DNA of 64,000 nucleotides from Patescibacteria group bacterium. GTDB lineage: Bacteria; Patescibacteriota; Patescibacteriia; UBA2591; JABMQE01. Location: NCBI GenBank assembly GCA_018896645.1, contig JAHIMF010000005.1, positions 997-64,996 of the forward strand, read 5' to 3'. Below are positions 17,140 through 26,922 of this stretch, piece after piece. The notes below the pieces were generated by a model. It worked only from the letters and a program-made list of their open reading frames with translations, ran no database searches and had not been told where the DNA came from. Both the position numbers and the translations under genes were made by a program. Position 1 is the stretch's first letter. The number at the start of each line of letters is the position of its first letter.

Positions 17140-18126
17140 ATGTCCCCCCTCATCACAATCGTCATCATCACCTGGAACAGCCGCAAATTTTTGCCATACT
17201 GCCTGGAATCAATCTTTGAACAAACATTCAAGGATTTTTCAATTATTATTGTTGACAATGGCTCAACTGATGGTACAGTTGAATATATCAAACAAGAGTA
17301 TCCCATGGCGACCTGTTTAAAGAATTTTAAAAATCTTGGTTTTTGCCGCGCTAATAATCAGGGCATTCATTTGGCAAAAGGCGAGTATGTTTTGCTATGC
17401 AATACTGATATAATTTTGAAAAATGATTTTTTAAAAAATGCGATGAAGACAATAGAATCTGATAAAAATATTGCTAGTGTGGGCGGAAAATTGCTTAAAG
17501 CTAAATGGGACTCTGAAGAATTGCCAAAACCCATAAAAACTGATATAATAGACTCTTGCGGTTTGCGGGTTTTAAAAAGTCACCACGTTGTAGAGCGGGG
17601 TGAAAATGAAAAAGATGAAGACCAGTACAGCAAACCGGAAGAAATTTTTGGAATTTCTGGTGCCTTAATGCTTCTTCGTAAGTCAGCTCTTGAAGACATT
17701 AAATATAAAGAAGAATATTTTGATGAAAATTTCTTTTCCTATAAAGAAGACGTTGACTTAGATTGGCGATTCCGTCTGGCTGGGTATATATCTCGGTATA
17801 ATCCCCAAGCTCACGCTTATCATTTTCGGGGTGTAAGCAAAGGTGATGACCGCAAAACACGCTCAAAGTTAATAAATCAATTATCCTACAAAAATCACTT
17901 ACTATCACTCCTCAAAAATTTGACTTTTGCCAACCTGGTTTTTTACTTTCCTTTTATATTTTTTTATGAGCTGAAAAAGTTGGTTTATGTTTTGCTTTTC
18001 GAGCAGTCAACATTTCCTGGTTTATTCAAATTTTTTAGTCAGTTAGGCGAGACTTTGGATAAGAGGAGATTTATTATGAAAGGGAAGCAGGTGAGCGATA
18101 AAGAGATAAGGGGGTGGATTACCTAA
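17140..18126 (+). CDS. Glycosyltransferase family 2
   Basis: ITIVIITWNSRKFLPYCLESIFEQTF...IIVDNGSTDGT...LLCNTDIIL. Confidence 0.85.
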   Translation: MSPLITIVIITWNSRKFLPYCLESIFEQTFKDFSIIIVDNGSTDGTVEYIKQEYPMATCLKNFKNLGFCRANNQGIHLAKGEYVLLCNTDIILKNDFLKNAMKTIESDKNIASVGGKLLKAKWDSEELPKPIKTDIIDSCGLRVLKSHHVVERGENEKDEDQYSKPEEIFGISGALMLLRKSALEDIKYKEEYFDENFFSYKEDVDLDWRFRLAGYISRYNPQAHAYHFRGVSKGDDRKTRSKLINQLSYKNHLLSLLKNLTFANLVFYFPFIFFYELKKLVYVLLFEQSTFPGLFKFFSQLGETLDKRRFIMKGKQVSDKEIRGWIT

Positions 18127-18228
18127 TTTACTATTTATCATTTACTATTTACTATTCTTTTTGTGGAGGACCGAAGGTTAGTATATCAGTATAATTTTGA
18201 ATAGTAAATAATAAATAGTAAATAATAA

Positions 18229-19032
18229 ATGGTGGAATTATCAATAATCATTTTAAATTACAAGCAACGGGGACTAGTCAAGCAGTGTGTCAAAGGGATA
18301 TTGTCCCTATGTTTAGTTTTTGATTACGAAATTATTGTTGTTGACAATGATTCTCGTGATGGGTGCCTAAAAATGATTAAAAAGCAATTCAATAACTCCA
18401 GAATTAAGACTATTCAATCAGATAAAAATCTTGGCATGGGTGCGGGTAATAATTTGGGTATTAGACAAGCGCAAGGTGAATATATTTTAATTCTTAATCC
18501 TGATATTACATTGCTTGAAGGCGCTATTGAGAAAATGATTAAGTTCATGAAAGAAAGCTCTAGGGTTGGTATTCTGGCGCCAAAATTACTTAATCCAGAC
18601 AGAAGCGTGCAATACGCGCAATTCCGATTCCCAGATTTTTGGCGGCCGCTTTACCGCCGTACTCTGTTAGGTAAAACCGCTTGGGGCAAAAAAAGATTAG
18701 AAGACTTTTTAATGTTTGATTGGGATAGAAAGTCCGCGCGAAAGATTGATTGGGCGCTCGGAGCTTGCCTGTTAATTCGTAAGCTAGCGCTTGATTCTAT
18801 CGGACTTTTTGATGAACGATTCTTCTTGTTTTTTGAAGATACTGATTTATGCCGGCGGTTTTGGAACAATAGTTGGGAAGTATGGTGTCTGCCAGAAGCA
18901 GAAATGGTTCATTATCCGGAACGGCTTTCTGCTAAAAAAATAAATTTACAAAATTTATTTTCAAAACCAGTCCGAGCGCATTTAATTTCGCAGATGAAAT
19001 ATTTTTGTAAGTGGAGAAAATACACTAATTAA
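18229..19032 (+). CDS. Glycosyltransferase family 2
   Basis: LSIIILNYKQRGLVKQCVKGI...IIVVDNDSRDG...LILNPDITL. Confidence 0.85.
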   Translation: MVELSIIILNYKQRGLVKQCVKGILSLCLVFDYEIIVVDNDSRDGCLKMIKKQFNNSRIKTIQSDKNLGMGAGNNLGIRQAQGEYILILNPDITLLEGAIEKMIKFMKESSRVGILAPKLLNPDRSVQYAQFRFPDFWRPLYRRTLLGKTAWGKKRLEDFLMFDWDRKSARKIDWALGACLLIRKLALDSIGLFDERFFLFFEDTDLCRRFWNNSWEVWCLPEAEMVHYPERLSAKKINLQNLFSKPVRAHLISQMKYFCKWRKYTN

Positions 19033-19179
19033 CACTAATCTATACGCGAATTTCACTAATCACGAATAAAATTTTAATATGGACCATTCACAGACATACT
19101 TCAATATATTTAATATGACAAACTGACACAACACCGAATTAATAACTTATAACCAATCTAACCAGTAACTAGTTTTTTT

Positions 19180-20460
19180 ATGACCTACGACATCATCAAT
19201 AAAACCAACCAAGAACTTGAAGTTAAAGTTACTGTTCCAGTAGTAGAGCTTCAAGAAGCTACTAAAAAAACAGCTAACAAACTCTCAAAAGAGATCAAAA
19301 TTGACGGCTTTCGGCCGGGTAAAGCGCCGTACGAGGTTGTCAAAAAGTATGTGGGTGAGATGAAAATTTTTGAAGAAACAGCTAGTGAATTAGTGGCTAA
19401 ATATCTTAACGAAATCATTATTAAAGAAAACTTGGATATCATGGGCCAGCCAAAAGTTGATTTAGAAAAACTAGCGCCCGGAAACGAGTTTAGCTTTAAG
19501 GCGGTTTTTACATTACTGCCAACCGTAACCTTGCCTGACTTCTCTAAGATTAAAATTGAGAAACATGAAGTAAAAGTTAACGAGGAAGATATTAATAAAT
19601 CTTTGGAAGAACTAAGAAAGACGCGGGCTAAAGAAGTCCTAGAAAAACGACCAGCCCAAAAAGGTGATAAATTAGAAGTTGATTATGAGGTATATGTTGA
19701 CGGCAAATTGATTAAGGGCGGCAAAGCAGAAAAACAGAGCGTGATACTTGGTGAGGGCCTAATGATCCCTGGGTTTGAAGATAAACTGATTGGCGCAACC
19801 GCTGACCAAGACAAAGAATTTGAATTAACTTTTCCTAAAAATTATGTTCCTGAACTGGCCGGCAAAAAGGCGAGGTTCAAAGTCAAGGTGCGGGGCGTAT
19901 ATAAACAAGAGTTACCCCATCTTGACGATGATTTTGCTAAAAGCTTAGGAAAAAATTCAATCATTGATTTAAAAAAACAAATGCAAGAAAATCTTTATTT
20001 GGAAGTCGAGCAAAAAGAAAACGAACGCCAAGAATTAGAAATGTTGGATAAAATTGTTCAAGCGGCATCAATTACCTTTATTCCGGAATCATTAGTAAAA
20101 AATGAGCAAGAACAAATGTTAAAAGAAACGAAATTTCAAATAGAACATGGCGGAGGCAAGTTTGAAGATTATCTTTCACACCTCAAAAAAACCGAAGAAG
20201 AAGTAAAAAATGGTTTCGAGAAAGAGGCAGAGAAAAAAGTAAAATTAAATCTGTTGTTTCGTAAATTGATTATTGATAATAAGATTAAAGTTGATGAAAA
20301 AAGAGTTGATGAGGAGGTTGAACGGCAAGCCAAAGCTTATGCTTCTATGCCGGAGATGGTGGAGAAAATGAAGAGTGATAATTATTGGGTTTATTTAAGG
20401 GAAATGATGTTGAATCGGAAGGTGATTGAATGGTTGAATAACACGATAGTCCGCGATTGA
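19180..20460 (+). CDS. tig: Trigger factor (ribosome-associated chaperone, PPIase)
   Basis: N-terminal ribosome-binding motif (GFRPGKAPYEVVKKYVG) and central FKBP-like domain. Confidence 0.9.
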   Translation: MTYDIINKTNQELEVKVTVPVVELQEATKKTANKLSKEIKIDGFRPGKAPYEVVKKYVGEMKIFEETASELVAKYLNEIIIKENLDIMGQPKVDLEKLAPGNEFSFKAVFTLLPTVTLPDFSKIKIEKHEVKVNEEDINKSLEELRKTRAKEVLEKRPAQKGDKLEVDYEVYVDGKLIKGGKAEKQSVILGEGLMIPGFEDKLIGATADQDKEFELTFPKNYVPELAGKKARFKVKVRGVYKQELPHLDDDFAKSLGKNSIIDLKKQMQENLYLEVEQKENERQELEMLDKIVQAASITFIPESLVKNEQEQMLKETKFQIEHGGGKFEDYLSHLKKTEEEVKNGFEKEAEKKVKLNLLFRKLIIDNKIKVDEKRVDEEVERQAKAYASMPEMVEKMKSDNYWVYLREMMLNRKVIEWLNNTIVRD

Positions 20461-20605
20461 CATTTCCTCTAAACCTGATAATCTAAAAAGAGTTATAAGC
20501 TAGACTGGTTATTAGTTATAAGTTATATTTTTTCACTATCTGTGTTTTTATATTTTTAAGTTTGTGTTTTTTATTTTTTATATTTCATTTTTTATTTTGT
20601 AAAAC

Positions 20606-21613
20606 GTGTTCATAAAAAAAATCGGAATTGACTTAGGCACTGCCAATACCCTAGTTTTTCTCCCAAAACGAGGCATTGTTGTTAATGAACCCAGTGTGGT
20701 GGCTATTTCTAAAATAGACAAAAAGGTTTTAGCGGTCGGGAGTGAGGCCAAGGAAATGCTTGGCCGGACACCGGACACCATTATTGCCTTAAAGCCCTTG
20801 AAAGATGGCGTGATTGCTGATTATAAAACTACCGAAGCCATGCTACGTTATTTTATTGGCAAGGCGATTGGCGGTTTTCGTTTATTCCGGCCAGAGGTTA
20901 TGGTTTCGGTACCCGCCGGGATTACTTCAACAGAGAAACGAGCAGTTATTGACGCTACTATGACCGCAGGCGCTAAAGCGGCCTATATTATTAAAGAACC
21001 CATTGCCGCAGCTATTGGCGCCAATATCCCGATTGGTTCCGCTTCCGGCCACATGATAATTGATATGGGCGGCGGGACCAGCGAGATGGCAGTTATTTCT
21101 TTAGGCGGTATTGTGGCATCTACTTCAGTTCGGGTAGCTGGTAATAAGTTTGATATAGCAATCTCTAATTATATTAGAAAAAAGTATAATTTGGCAATTG
21201 GGGAGCGGACTGCTGAACGAATTAAAATTGAAATTGGTTCGGCCCTGTATTTAGAAAAAAAATTGAGCACTGATATCCGTGGTCGTGATATGATTAATGG
21301 TTTACCCAGGACCATTACGATAACCTCTGATGATGTTACTGCGGCTATCCAAGATGAATTAGAAGAGATTATCTCGGCTTTAAAATCGGTTTTGCACAAG
21401 ACCCCCCCAGAACTTTCAGCTGATGTTATGGATAAAGGCATGGTCCTGGCTGGCGGCAGCAGCATGCTTAGGAATATTGATAAATTATTTTCCCAAGCCA
21501 CTGGCGTACCGGCTTATGTTGCTGATGAGCCCCTGCTTTGCGTAGCCCGGGGTACGGGTATTGCTCTGGATAATTTAGAAAGCTATAAGAGGTCGATATT
21601 GGCAGCGAAATAG
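20606..21613 (+). CDS. mreB: Rod-shape-determining protein MreB (actin homologue), copy 1
   Basis: IGIDLGTANTLVF, DMGGGTSEMAVISLGG, VLAGGSSMLRNID. Confidence 0.9.
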   Translation: MFIKKIGIDLGTANTLVFLPKRGIVVNEPSVVAISKIDKKVLAVGSEAKEMLGRTPDTIIALKPLKDGVIADYKTTEAMLRYFIGKAIGGFRLFRPEVMVSVPAGITSTEKRAVIDATMTAGAKAAYIIKEPIAAAIGANIPIGSASGHMIIDMGGGTSEMAVISLGGIVASTSVRVAGNKFDIAISNYIRKKYNLAIGERTAERIKIEIGSALYLEKKLSTDIRGRDMINGLPRTITITSDDVTAAIQDELEEIISALKSVLHKTPPELSADVMDKGMVLAGGSSMLRNIDKLFSQATGVPAYVADEPLLCVARGTGIALDNLESYKRSILAAK

Positions 21614-21655
21614 ATTTCTTTTGCTTATCTTTTTTAATTATGTTAAAATTAAAAC

Positions 21656-22660
21656 ATGAAAGATGTAGATTTCAACTGGAGCATCATTGGCCATAAACGT
21701 ATTTTAAATTTCCTGGAAAAAAGCATTAAATTTCAAAATTTAAGCCATGCCTATTTGTTTTATGGAACCGGCGGACTGGGTAAGCATTCTTTGGCGACTA
21801 AATTTATCCAGATTTTACAATGTGAAAATGATAAAAAATTACCTTGCGGCCAATGCTCAATGTGTCAGCAAGTACAAAAGGGTATTCATCCGGATGTTTA
21901 TTTTCTTAAGAAAGAAGAGGATAAAAAAAATATCAGTATTGAGCAGGTTAGGGTCCTTCAGAGAAAATTAAGTATGCGCTCTTTTGCTGGCTCTTTTAAA
22001 ATCGCCTTAATTAATGAGGCGGAAGTTCTATCAAGAGAGGCTTGGGACAGCTTGCTCAAAACTTTAGAGGAACCAACCCCGAGGACAATTATTATTTTGA
22101 TCACTAACAGTATTAATGTCCTGCCGAAAACAATCCTTTCCCGCAGTCAACTATTACGATTTTTACCAGCGCCAAGCTCCCAGATAATAGATTATTTAAC
22201 TCACAATTTAGGTATTGAGCCCGGGCAAGCAGAAATGTTAGCCCAAATAAGCCTAGGCAAGCCTGGATTAGCAATCAATTTTTTACAAAATCCTGGCCTT
22301 TTAGAAAATTATCAAAAAAGTATTAATGATTTCCTGGGTATCTTAAATAGTGATATGAATCAACGGATGACCAGTATTGACCGCCTGATTCCTGGCGATT
22401 ACAAATTTTTAAACAAAATAGAATTATTACAAAATACTTTATTTGTCTGGAAATTAGTGGTGCGCGACTTACTGTTGTTAAAGACTTCGCCCGCATCAAT
22501 CACTAATGTAAATTTAGGGGATAAGTTAAAAGACATCAGCACAAATTATTCTTCTACAAAGTTAAAAAATATATTAAAAAACATATTAAAAACCCAAGAG
22601 CTTTTAGGCCTAAATGTTAGCCCAAAATTAGCTCTTAACAATTTGGTTCTAAACATATGA
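21656..22660 (+). CDS. holB: DNA polymerase III delta-prime subunit
   Basis: HAYLFYGTGGLGKHSLATKF, zinc module CGQCSMCQQVQKGIHPDV, SRSQLLRF sensor motif. Confidence 0.85.
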   Translation: MKDVDFNWSIIGHKRILNFLEKSIKFQNLSHAYLFYGTGGLGKHSLATKFIQILQCENDKKLPCGQCSMCQQVQKGIHPDVYFLKKEEDKKNISIEQVRVLQRKLSMRSFAGSFKIALINEAEVLSREAWDSLLKTLEEPTPRTIIILITNSINVLPKTILSRSQLLRFLPAPSSQIIDYLTHNLGIEPGQAEMLAQISLGKPGLAINFLQNPGLLENYQKSINDFLGILNSDMNQRMTSIDRLIPGDYKFLNKIELLQNTLFVWKLVVRDLLLLKTSPASITNVNLGDKLKDISTNYSSTKLKNILKNILKTQELLGLNVSPKLALNNLVLNI

Positions 22661-23706
22661 AAAAAGTTTTGCCTTTTGCGTTAGTTATATTGGCACTGCT
22701 AATAACTTCCGCCTGCACTTTAGGCGGAAAAAAACCACCCCCCTCATATCCTGGCGGTGTCTTTAAAACCTTTGATGCCGCTCTTACCTGGGACCATAAA
22801 GTCATGGTTAGCCAAATAGGCGCGGCTCAACAAACAATCAATGACGTTAACGTGAGAAAATTATCATTTTTTCCGAAAACCACTAAAAGTTTGTATCTTT
22901 TGCCGGAAGGAGAAGGGTTTTATGTTAGCTATAACAATGGAGAAACCTGGATTCCGCAGTTAATGGATAAGGGTGTTATAAATGATTTAGATATTGACCC
23001 GCAAAACAGGGGTTACATTTTCGTTGTGGTCAATGATATCGTTTATCGGCTCGAGCAGTGTTGTGATGAGTGGTCAAAGGTTTATTTGGAAACACGGGGT
23101 AATATTTTAACCAGTATTGCTATTAATCCTAAAAATCCCCAAGAAGTTTATTTTACAACCTCCAAGGGGGAGTTATTCAAAAGCAATAATCATGGCGACT
23201 CTTGGACAGTTATTAAACGTCTAGAAATCTTTATCCAGGAATTAATCATCAATCCCCAAGATCAGAATATAATGTATATTATTGCGAACCAGGGTATATA
23301 CAAAAGTAAAGATAAAGGTATAACCTGGAATAAGATTGACAGCCTAAGCCAGTACCCGGGAACAGGGGAATTGTATCATTTTGTATTTAATCCTAATAAA
23401 TGGGATTCCTTTTTCTATGTTTCTAAATATGGTATCCTGAAAACTGATGATGGAGGAGAAACTTGGCACGATATTAGCTTGTTGACTCCACCAGGCGCGG
23501 TGAGAATTCACGCTTTTACATTTAACCCAAAGAATTTGGAAGAAATGATATATGCTACTGCCAATACGTTATACAAAACAGCAGACGGAGGCGAAAAGTG
23601 GGAAACAAAATCATTACCCACAAAGAGCCCGCCAACCTTTCTTTTGACCGATCCCGAGCACTCCAATGTTATTTATCTAGGGACAAAGACTGCATCGGTT
23701 CAATAA
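22657..23706 (+). CDS. Lipoprotein with BNR/Asp-box beta-propeller repeats (Ycf48-like)
   Basis: Signal peptide plus lipobox (LLITSAC). Repeated S-x-D-x-G-x-T-W motifs (NNGETW, NHGDSWTV, DKGITW, DDGGETW, DGGEKWE). Confidence 0.7.
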   Translation: MKKVLPFALVILALLITSACTLGGKKPPPSYPGGVFKTFDAALTWDHKVMVSQIGAAQQTINDVNVRKLSFFPKTTKSLYLLPEGEGFYVSYNNGETWIPQLMDKGVINDLDIDPQNRGYIFVVVNDIVYRLEQCCDEWSKVYLETRGNILTSIAINPKNPQEVYFTTSKGELFKSNNHGDSWTVIKRLEIFIQELIINPQDQNIMYIIANQGIYKSKDKGITWNKIDSLSQYPGTGELYHFVFNPNKWDSFFYVSKYGILKTDDGGETWHDISLLTPPGAVRIHAFTFNPKNLEEMIYATANTLYKTADGGEKWETKSLPTKSPPTFLLTDPEHSNVIYLGTKTASVQ

Positions 23707-23814
23707 AGATACTTAAAAGGGATAAGAAGGCTTGATGGGGCGGACATGGCTATCAGGCAAGAGGGCTATAAGGCGATACCGCCTTCTTATGCCTTCTTAT
23801 TTCCCTAAATTTTT

Positions 23815-24210
23815 ATGAAAAACAAAAGATTACAAAGTCATAAAAAAATGATTGTATGGCAAAGTATTGATCAACTTGACTTTATTGTGCAGAAAATTTT
23901 AAAAAGAATACCTCGGCATGAATTTAAAATGAAAAGTCAGATCGATAACGCGTCGGATTCTATGGGTTCTAATTTTGTAGAAGGTTATTATAGTGGCTCA
24001 TTGGGTGAGTACATGAGATTCCTTAGATATAGCAAAAGGTCAAACGCAGAGCTTCAAGAAAGAGTAAGACGAGTTTTACGAAAGGGTCATATAGATAAAA
24101 ATCTATACGATGAATTTGAAGACAGAGCTATTAAAACCATGTATTTACTTGACCGTTTAATTCAGTCATTAGAAAATAAGCAAAATGATGAAAAGAACAA
24201 ACCTTCTTAA
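23815..24210 (+). CDS. Four-helix-bundle protein (23S rRNA intervening-sequence protein family)
   Basis: QIDNASDSMGSNFVEGYYSGSLGEYMRFLRYSKRSNAELQERV matches the four-helix-bundle family consensus. Confidence 0.75.
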   Translation: MKNKRLQSHKKMIVWQSIDQLDFIVQKILKRIPRHEFKMKSQIDNASDSMGSNFVEGYYSGSLGEYMRFLRYSKRSNAELQERVRRVLRKGHIDKNLYDEFEDRAIKTMYLLDRLIQSLENKQNDEKNKPS

Positions 24211-24367
24211 TCTTCTTGCCCCATAGCCTTACCCGCCTCCTTATGCCTTCTTATCCCTTATAAAATTATTAGAAAATAAGCAAAATGATGAAAAGAACAA
24301 ACCTTCTTAATCTTCTTGCCCCATAGCCTTACCCGCCTCCTTATGCCTTCTTATCCCTTATAAAATT
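24168..24367 (+). repeat. Perfect 100-nt tandem duplication covering the 3' end of the 4HB gene and the frr leader; a 35-nt partial copy lies upstream at about 23779-23814
   Basis: The unit attagaaaataagcaaaatgatgaaaagaacaaaccttcttaatcttcttgccccatagccttacccgcctccttatgccttcttatcccttataaaatt occurs twice back to back. The upstream copy is ccgccttcttatgccttcttatttccctaaattttt. Confidence 0.9.
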
Positions 24368-24369
24368 AT

Positions 24370-24924
24370 ATGAACCAAATTATAAATAAATCCAAACAAG
24401 AATTTGAATCCGCGATTAGCCACCTAACCCAAGAGGTGAATGGTTTGCGTATTGGCCGAGCAGCTCCATCAATGGTGGAGAACCTTATAATAGAAGTTTA
24501 TGAGTCAAAAATGCCCTTGGTTCAGTTGGCCAGCATTAATTCCACGGGGCCCAGTGAGTTAGCGGTCCAGCCTTGGGATAAGACTAACCTCAAACCCATA
24601 GAAAAAGCTTTAACCCAAAGTGATTTGGGATTTAGCGTGGTTATTCAAGAAAATATTATCCGTCTGACTTTACCGCAACTCACAGAAGAGCGGCGCAAAG
24701 AAATTATCAAGGTTTTGCACGAGAAATTAGAACGAGCAAGAATCACTATCCGGGGCATTCGCGACAAAACTAGGGAGGAAATTGTCGCTATAGAAAAAAA
24801 CAAAGAAATTGGCGAGGATGACAAATACCGGCTCCAGGAAGAGCTTAATGAGGTTACTCGGGGATATGTGGATAAAATTGGGGAGTTAGGGAAGAAGAAG
24901 GAGGTAGAGATTATGACTGTGTGA
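24370..24924 (+). CDS. frr: Ribosome recycling factor
   Basis: Full-length RRF signature (LRIGRAAPSMVENLIIEVY..., RITIRGIRDKTREE). Confidence 0.93.
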   Translation: MNQIINKSKQEFESAISHLTQEVNGLRIGRAAPSMVENLIIEVYESKMPLVQLASINSTGPSELAVQPWDKTNLKPIEKALTQSDLGFSVVIQENIIRLTLPQLTEERRKEIIKVLHEKLERARITIRGIRDKTREEIVAIEKNKEIGEDDKYRLQEELNEVTRGYVDKIGELGKKKEVEIMTV

Positions 24925-25079
24925 AATCTTGAGATTGTAATTTCTAAAAACATAACCTGAATCGACTTGCAATAATTCCATTGCTCAATTGCTCCATTGT
25001 TCAATTGTTTTGTTATAACAATCGAGCAATTGAACAATGAAGCAATGAAAGTGTTTTATAGTTAAATTCCACTCGTAAA

Positions 25080-26354
25080 ATGTTAGTAACCATCATCACC
25101 TTCCTAATAATCTTAGGCCTCCTGGTCCTAGTCCACGAGCTAGGGCATTTTTTTGTGGCTCGGCGTTTTGGAGTTAAGTGTGATGAATTTGGTTTAGGGT
25201 TCCCGCCGCGAATGATTGGCTTTGTCAAAGACCCTGAGCGACCTCTCGGCCCTGAGCTTGAGGCCGAAGGGGCGAAGCGAGCCGAAGGGTCAGGAGTGTT
25301 GGGTTTTTTCAAACAATGGAAAATAGTCAAGCGTAAAAATAAAGATGCCCGTGGCAATGAAAAAGAATATAAAAATACAATCTATTCTTTAAACTGGATT
25401 CCTCTCGGTGGTTTTGTCAAAATAAAAGGCGAGCAAGGCGAGGAGGCCAAGGACGAGGATAGCTTTGCTCATCAAAAACTTTGGAAACGCGCTATAATAC
25501 TATCCAGCGGGGTTACGATGAATTTTATATTCGCTACTCTTTTATTATCTATTGGTTTTATTATTGGCATTCCCCAAGTTATAGATGAAATAACTCCAAA
25601 ATATGCGAGCGTCAAAGACGAAAAAATTCAACTTCTTTCCATCCAAAAAGATTCTCCGGCCAAGCAGGTTGGTCTTGAAGTTGGTGATATTGTTGTAAGT
25701 ATTGATAACCAAAAATTTAAAGAAATTGAAGATGTCCAAAAATATATTCAAGAAGATGATGATGGGGAGATTATCGTTACGGTTAAACGAGCTGGTGAGG
25801 AAATAGAACAAACAGTTACCTCTGAGGTAATGGAAATTGAGGGCGGACAAAGCAAAAAAGCCATTGGAGTAGTGCTGGCCAAGACCGGCACAGTCTCTTA
25901 TCCATTTTTTCAAGCTATCTGGCAGGGCATTATTACCACGCTTTATTTAATGAAGTTAATTGTGCTGTCATTTTATCATTTATTTAAAGATCTGATTGTG
26001 ATGCATAAGGTAACCATTGATATCGCGGGGCCTGTTGGTATTGCCGTGGTTACGGGGCAAGTTGTTAGACTTGGATTTATTTATATTTTACAATTCGCGG
26101 CTTTACTCTCTATAAATTTGGGCATTATTAATTTTTTCCCTTTCCCGGCTCTGGATGGCGGTCGGGTGGTCGCCTTGGGCATAGAAGCTGTCAGGCGTAA
26201 ACCCAATAATCAAAGAATTGAAGCTGTGATTCATAATATTGGTTTTGGTGTTTTAATGGTTTTAGTGGTTTTGGTGACTTACCGGGATGTAGTGCGATTT
26301 GGCGGTAAGCTTATGGGGAAAATTTTTGGATATTTTGATGATGTTGTTTCTTAA
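25080..26354 (+). CDS. rseP: RseP-like site-2 protease (M50 zinc metalloprotease) with PDZ domain
   Basis: HELGHFFVARRFG (HExxH in TM1), PDZ (GLEVGDIVVSID), LDGG motif (FPFPALDGGRVV). Confidence 0.88.
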   Translation: MLVTIITFLIILGLLVLVHELGHFFVARRFGVKCDEFGLGFPPRMIGFVKDPERPLGPELEAEGAKRAEGSGVLGFFKQWKIVKRKNKDARGNEKEYKNTIYSLNWIPLGGFVKIKGEQGEEAKDEDSFAHQKLWKRAIILSSGVTMNFIFATLLLSIGFIIGIPQVIDEITPKYASVKDEKIQLLSIQKDSPAKQVGLEVGDIVVSIDNQKFKEIEDVQKYIQEDDDGEIIVTVKRAGEEIEQTVTSEVMEIEGGQSKKAIGVVLAKTGTVSYPFFQAIWQGIITTLYLMKLIVLSFYHLFKDLIVMHKVTIDIAGPVGIAVVTGQVVRLGFIYILQFAALLSINLGIINFFPFPALDGGRVVALGIEAVRRKPNNQRIEAVIHNIGFGVLMVLVVLVTYRDVVRFGGKLMGKIFGYFDDVVS

Positions 26355-26369
26355 ACATTTTTAGTCATT

Positions 26370-26729
26370 ATGATAATTAGAATTGCAGACCCAACCCAAA
26401 ATTCTTACAACCTCCTCCGCCAATGCGGATACGCAGTTTTTCGAGATCCTAACACTGGCAAAACTTCATATACTAAAAGGCTGGACCGGGATTATTATCC
26501 ACGATTTCATATTTATATGAATAAGGAAAGTGAGGGCGAGTTAGAATTAAATCTTCATCTTGATCAAAAACATGCCTCCTACAAAGGTCAGACTGCGCAT
26601 AGCGGTGAGTATGACGGGGACTTGGTGGAGCGGGAGGCGGAGCGGATAGAATCATTGGTAAATCAGGTTATTCACGAAACGGCGGAAAAGCCCAAGAAAG
26701 GATTTTTTACAAAATTGTTTGGTAAATAG
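26370..26729 (+). CDS. Hypothetical protein (119 aa)
   Basis: ORF with plausible spacing; no recognisable motif. Confidence 0.4.
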   Translation: MIIRIADPTQNSYNLLRQCGYAVFRDPNTGKTSYTKRLDRDYYPRFHIYMNKESEGELELNLHLDQKHASYKGQTAHSGEYDGDLVEREAERIESLVNQVIHETAEKPKKGFFTKLFGK

Positions 26730-26922
26730 TCAATAGCAACTGGTTACTAGCCACTAGGGGTTTTAAACCCTATGACTGTTTTATTGAACCAGTTTTTTTA
26801 TTTCCAAAAACTTCGAAAAATTAACCCTAGTTGCTAGTGACGAGCGACCAGTAAAGCGACGCCATTTGCCAAAAAATCAAAAATAAAGTAAGATACAATT
26901 AGTAATTCTTAAAATCAAAACA

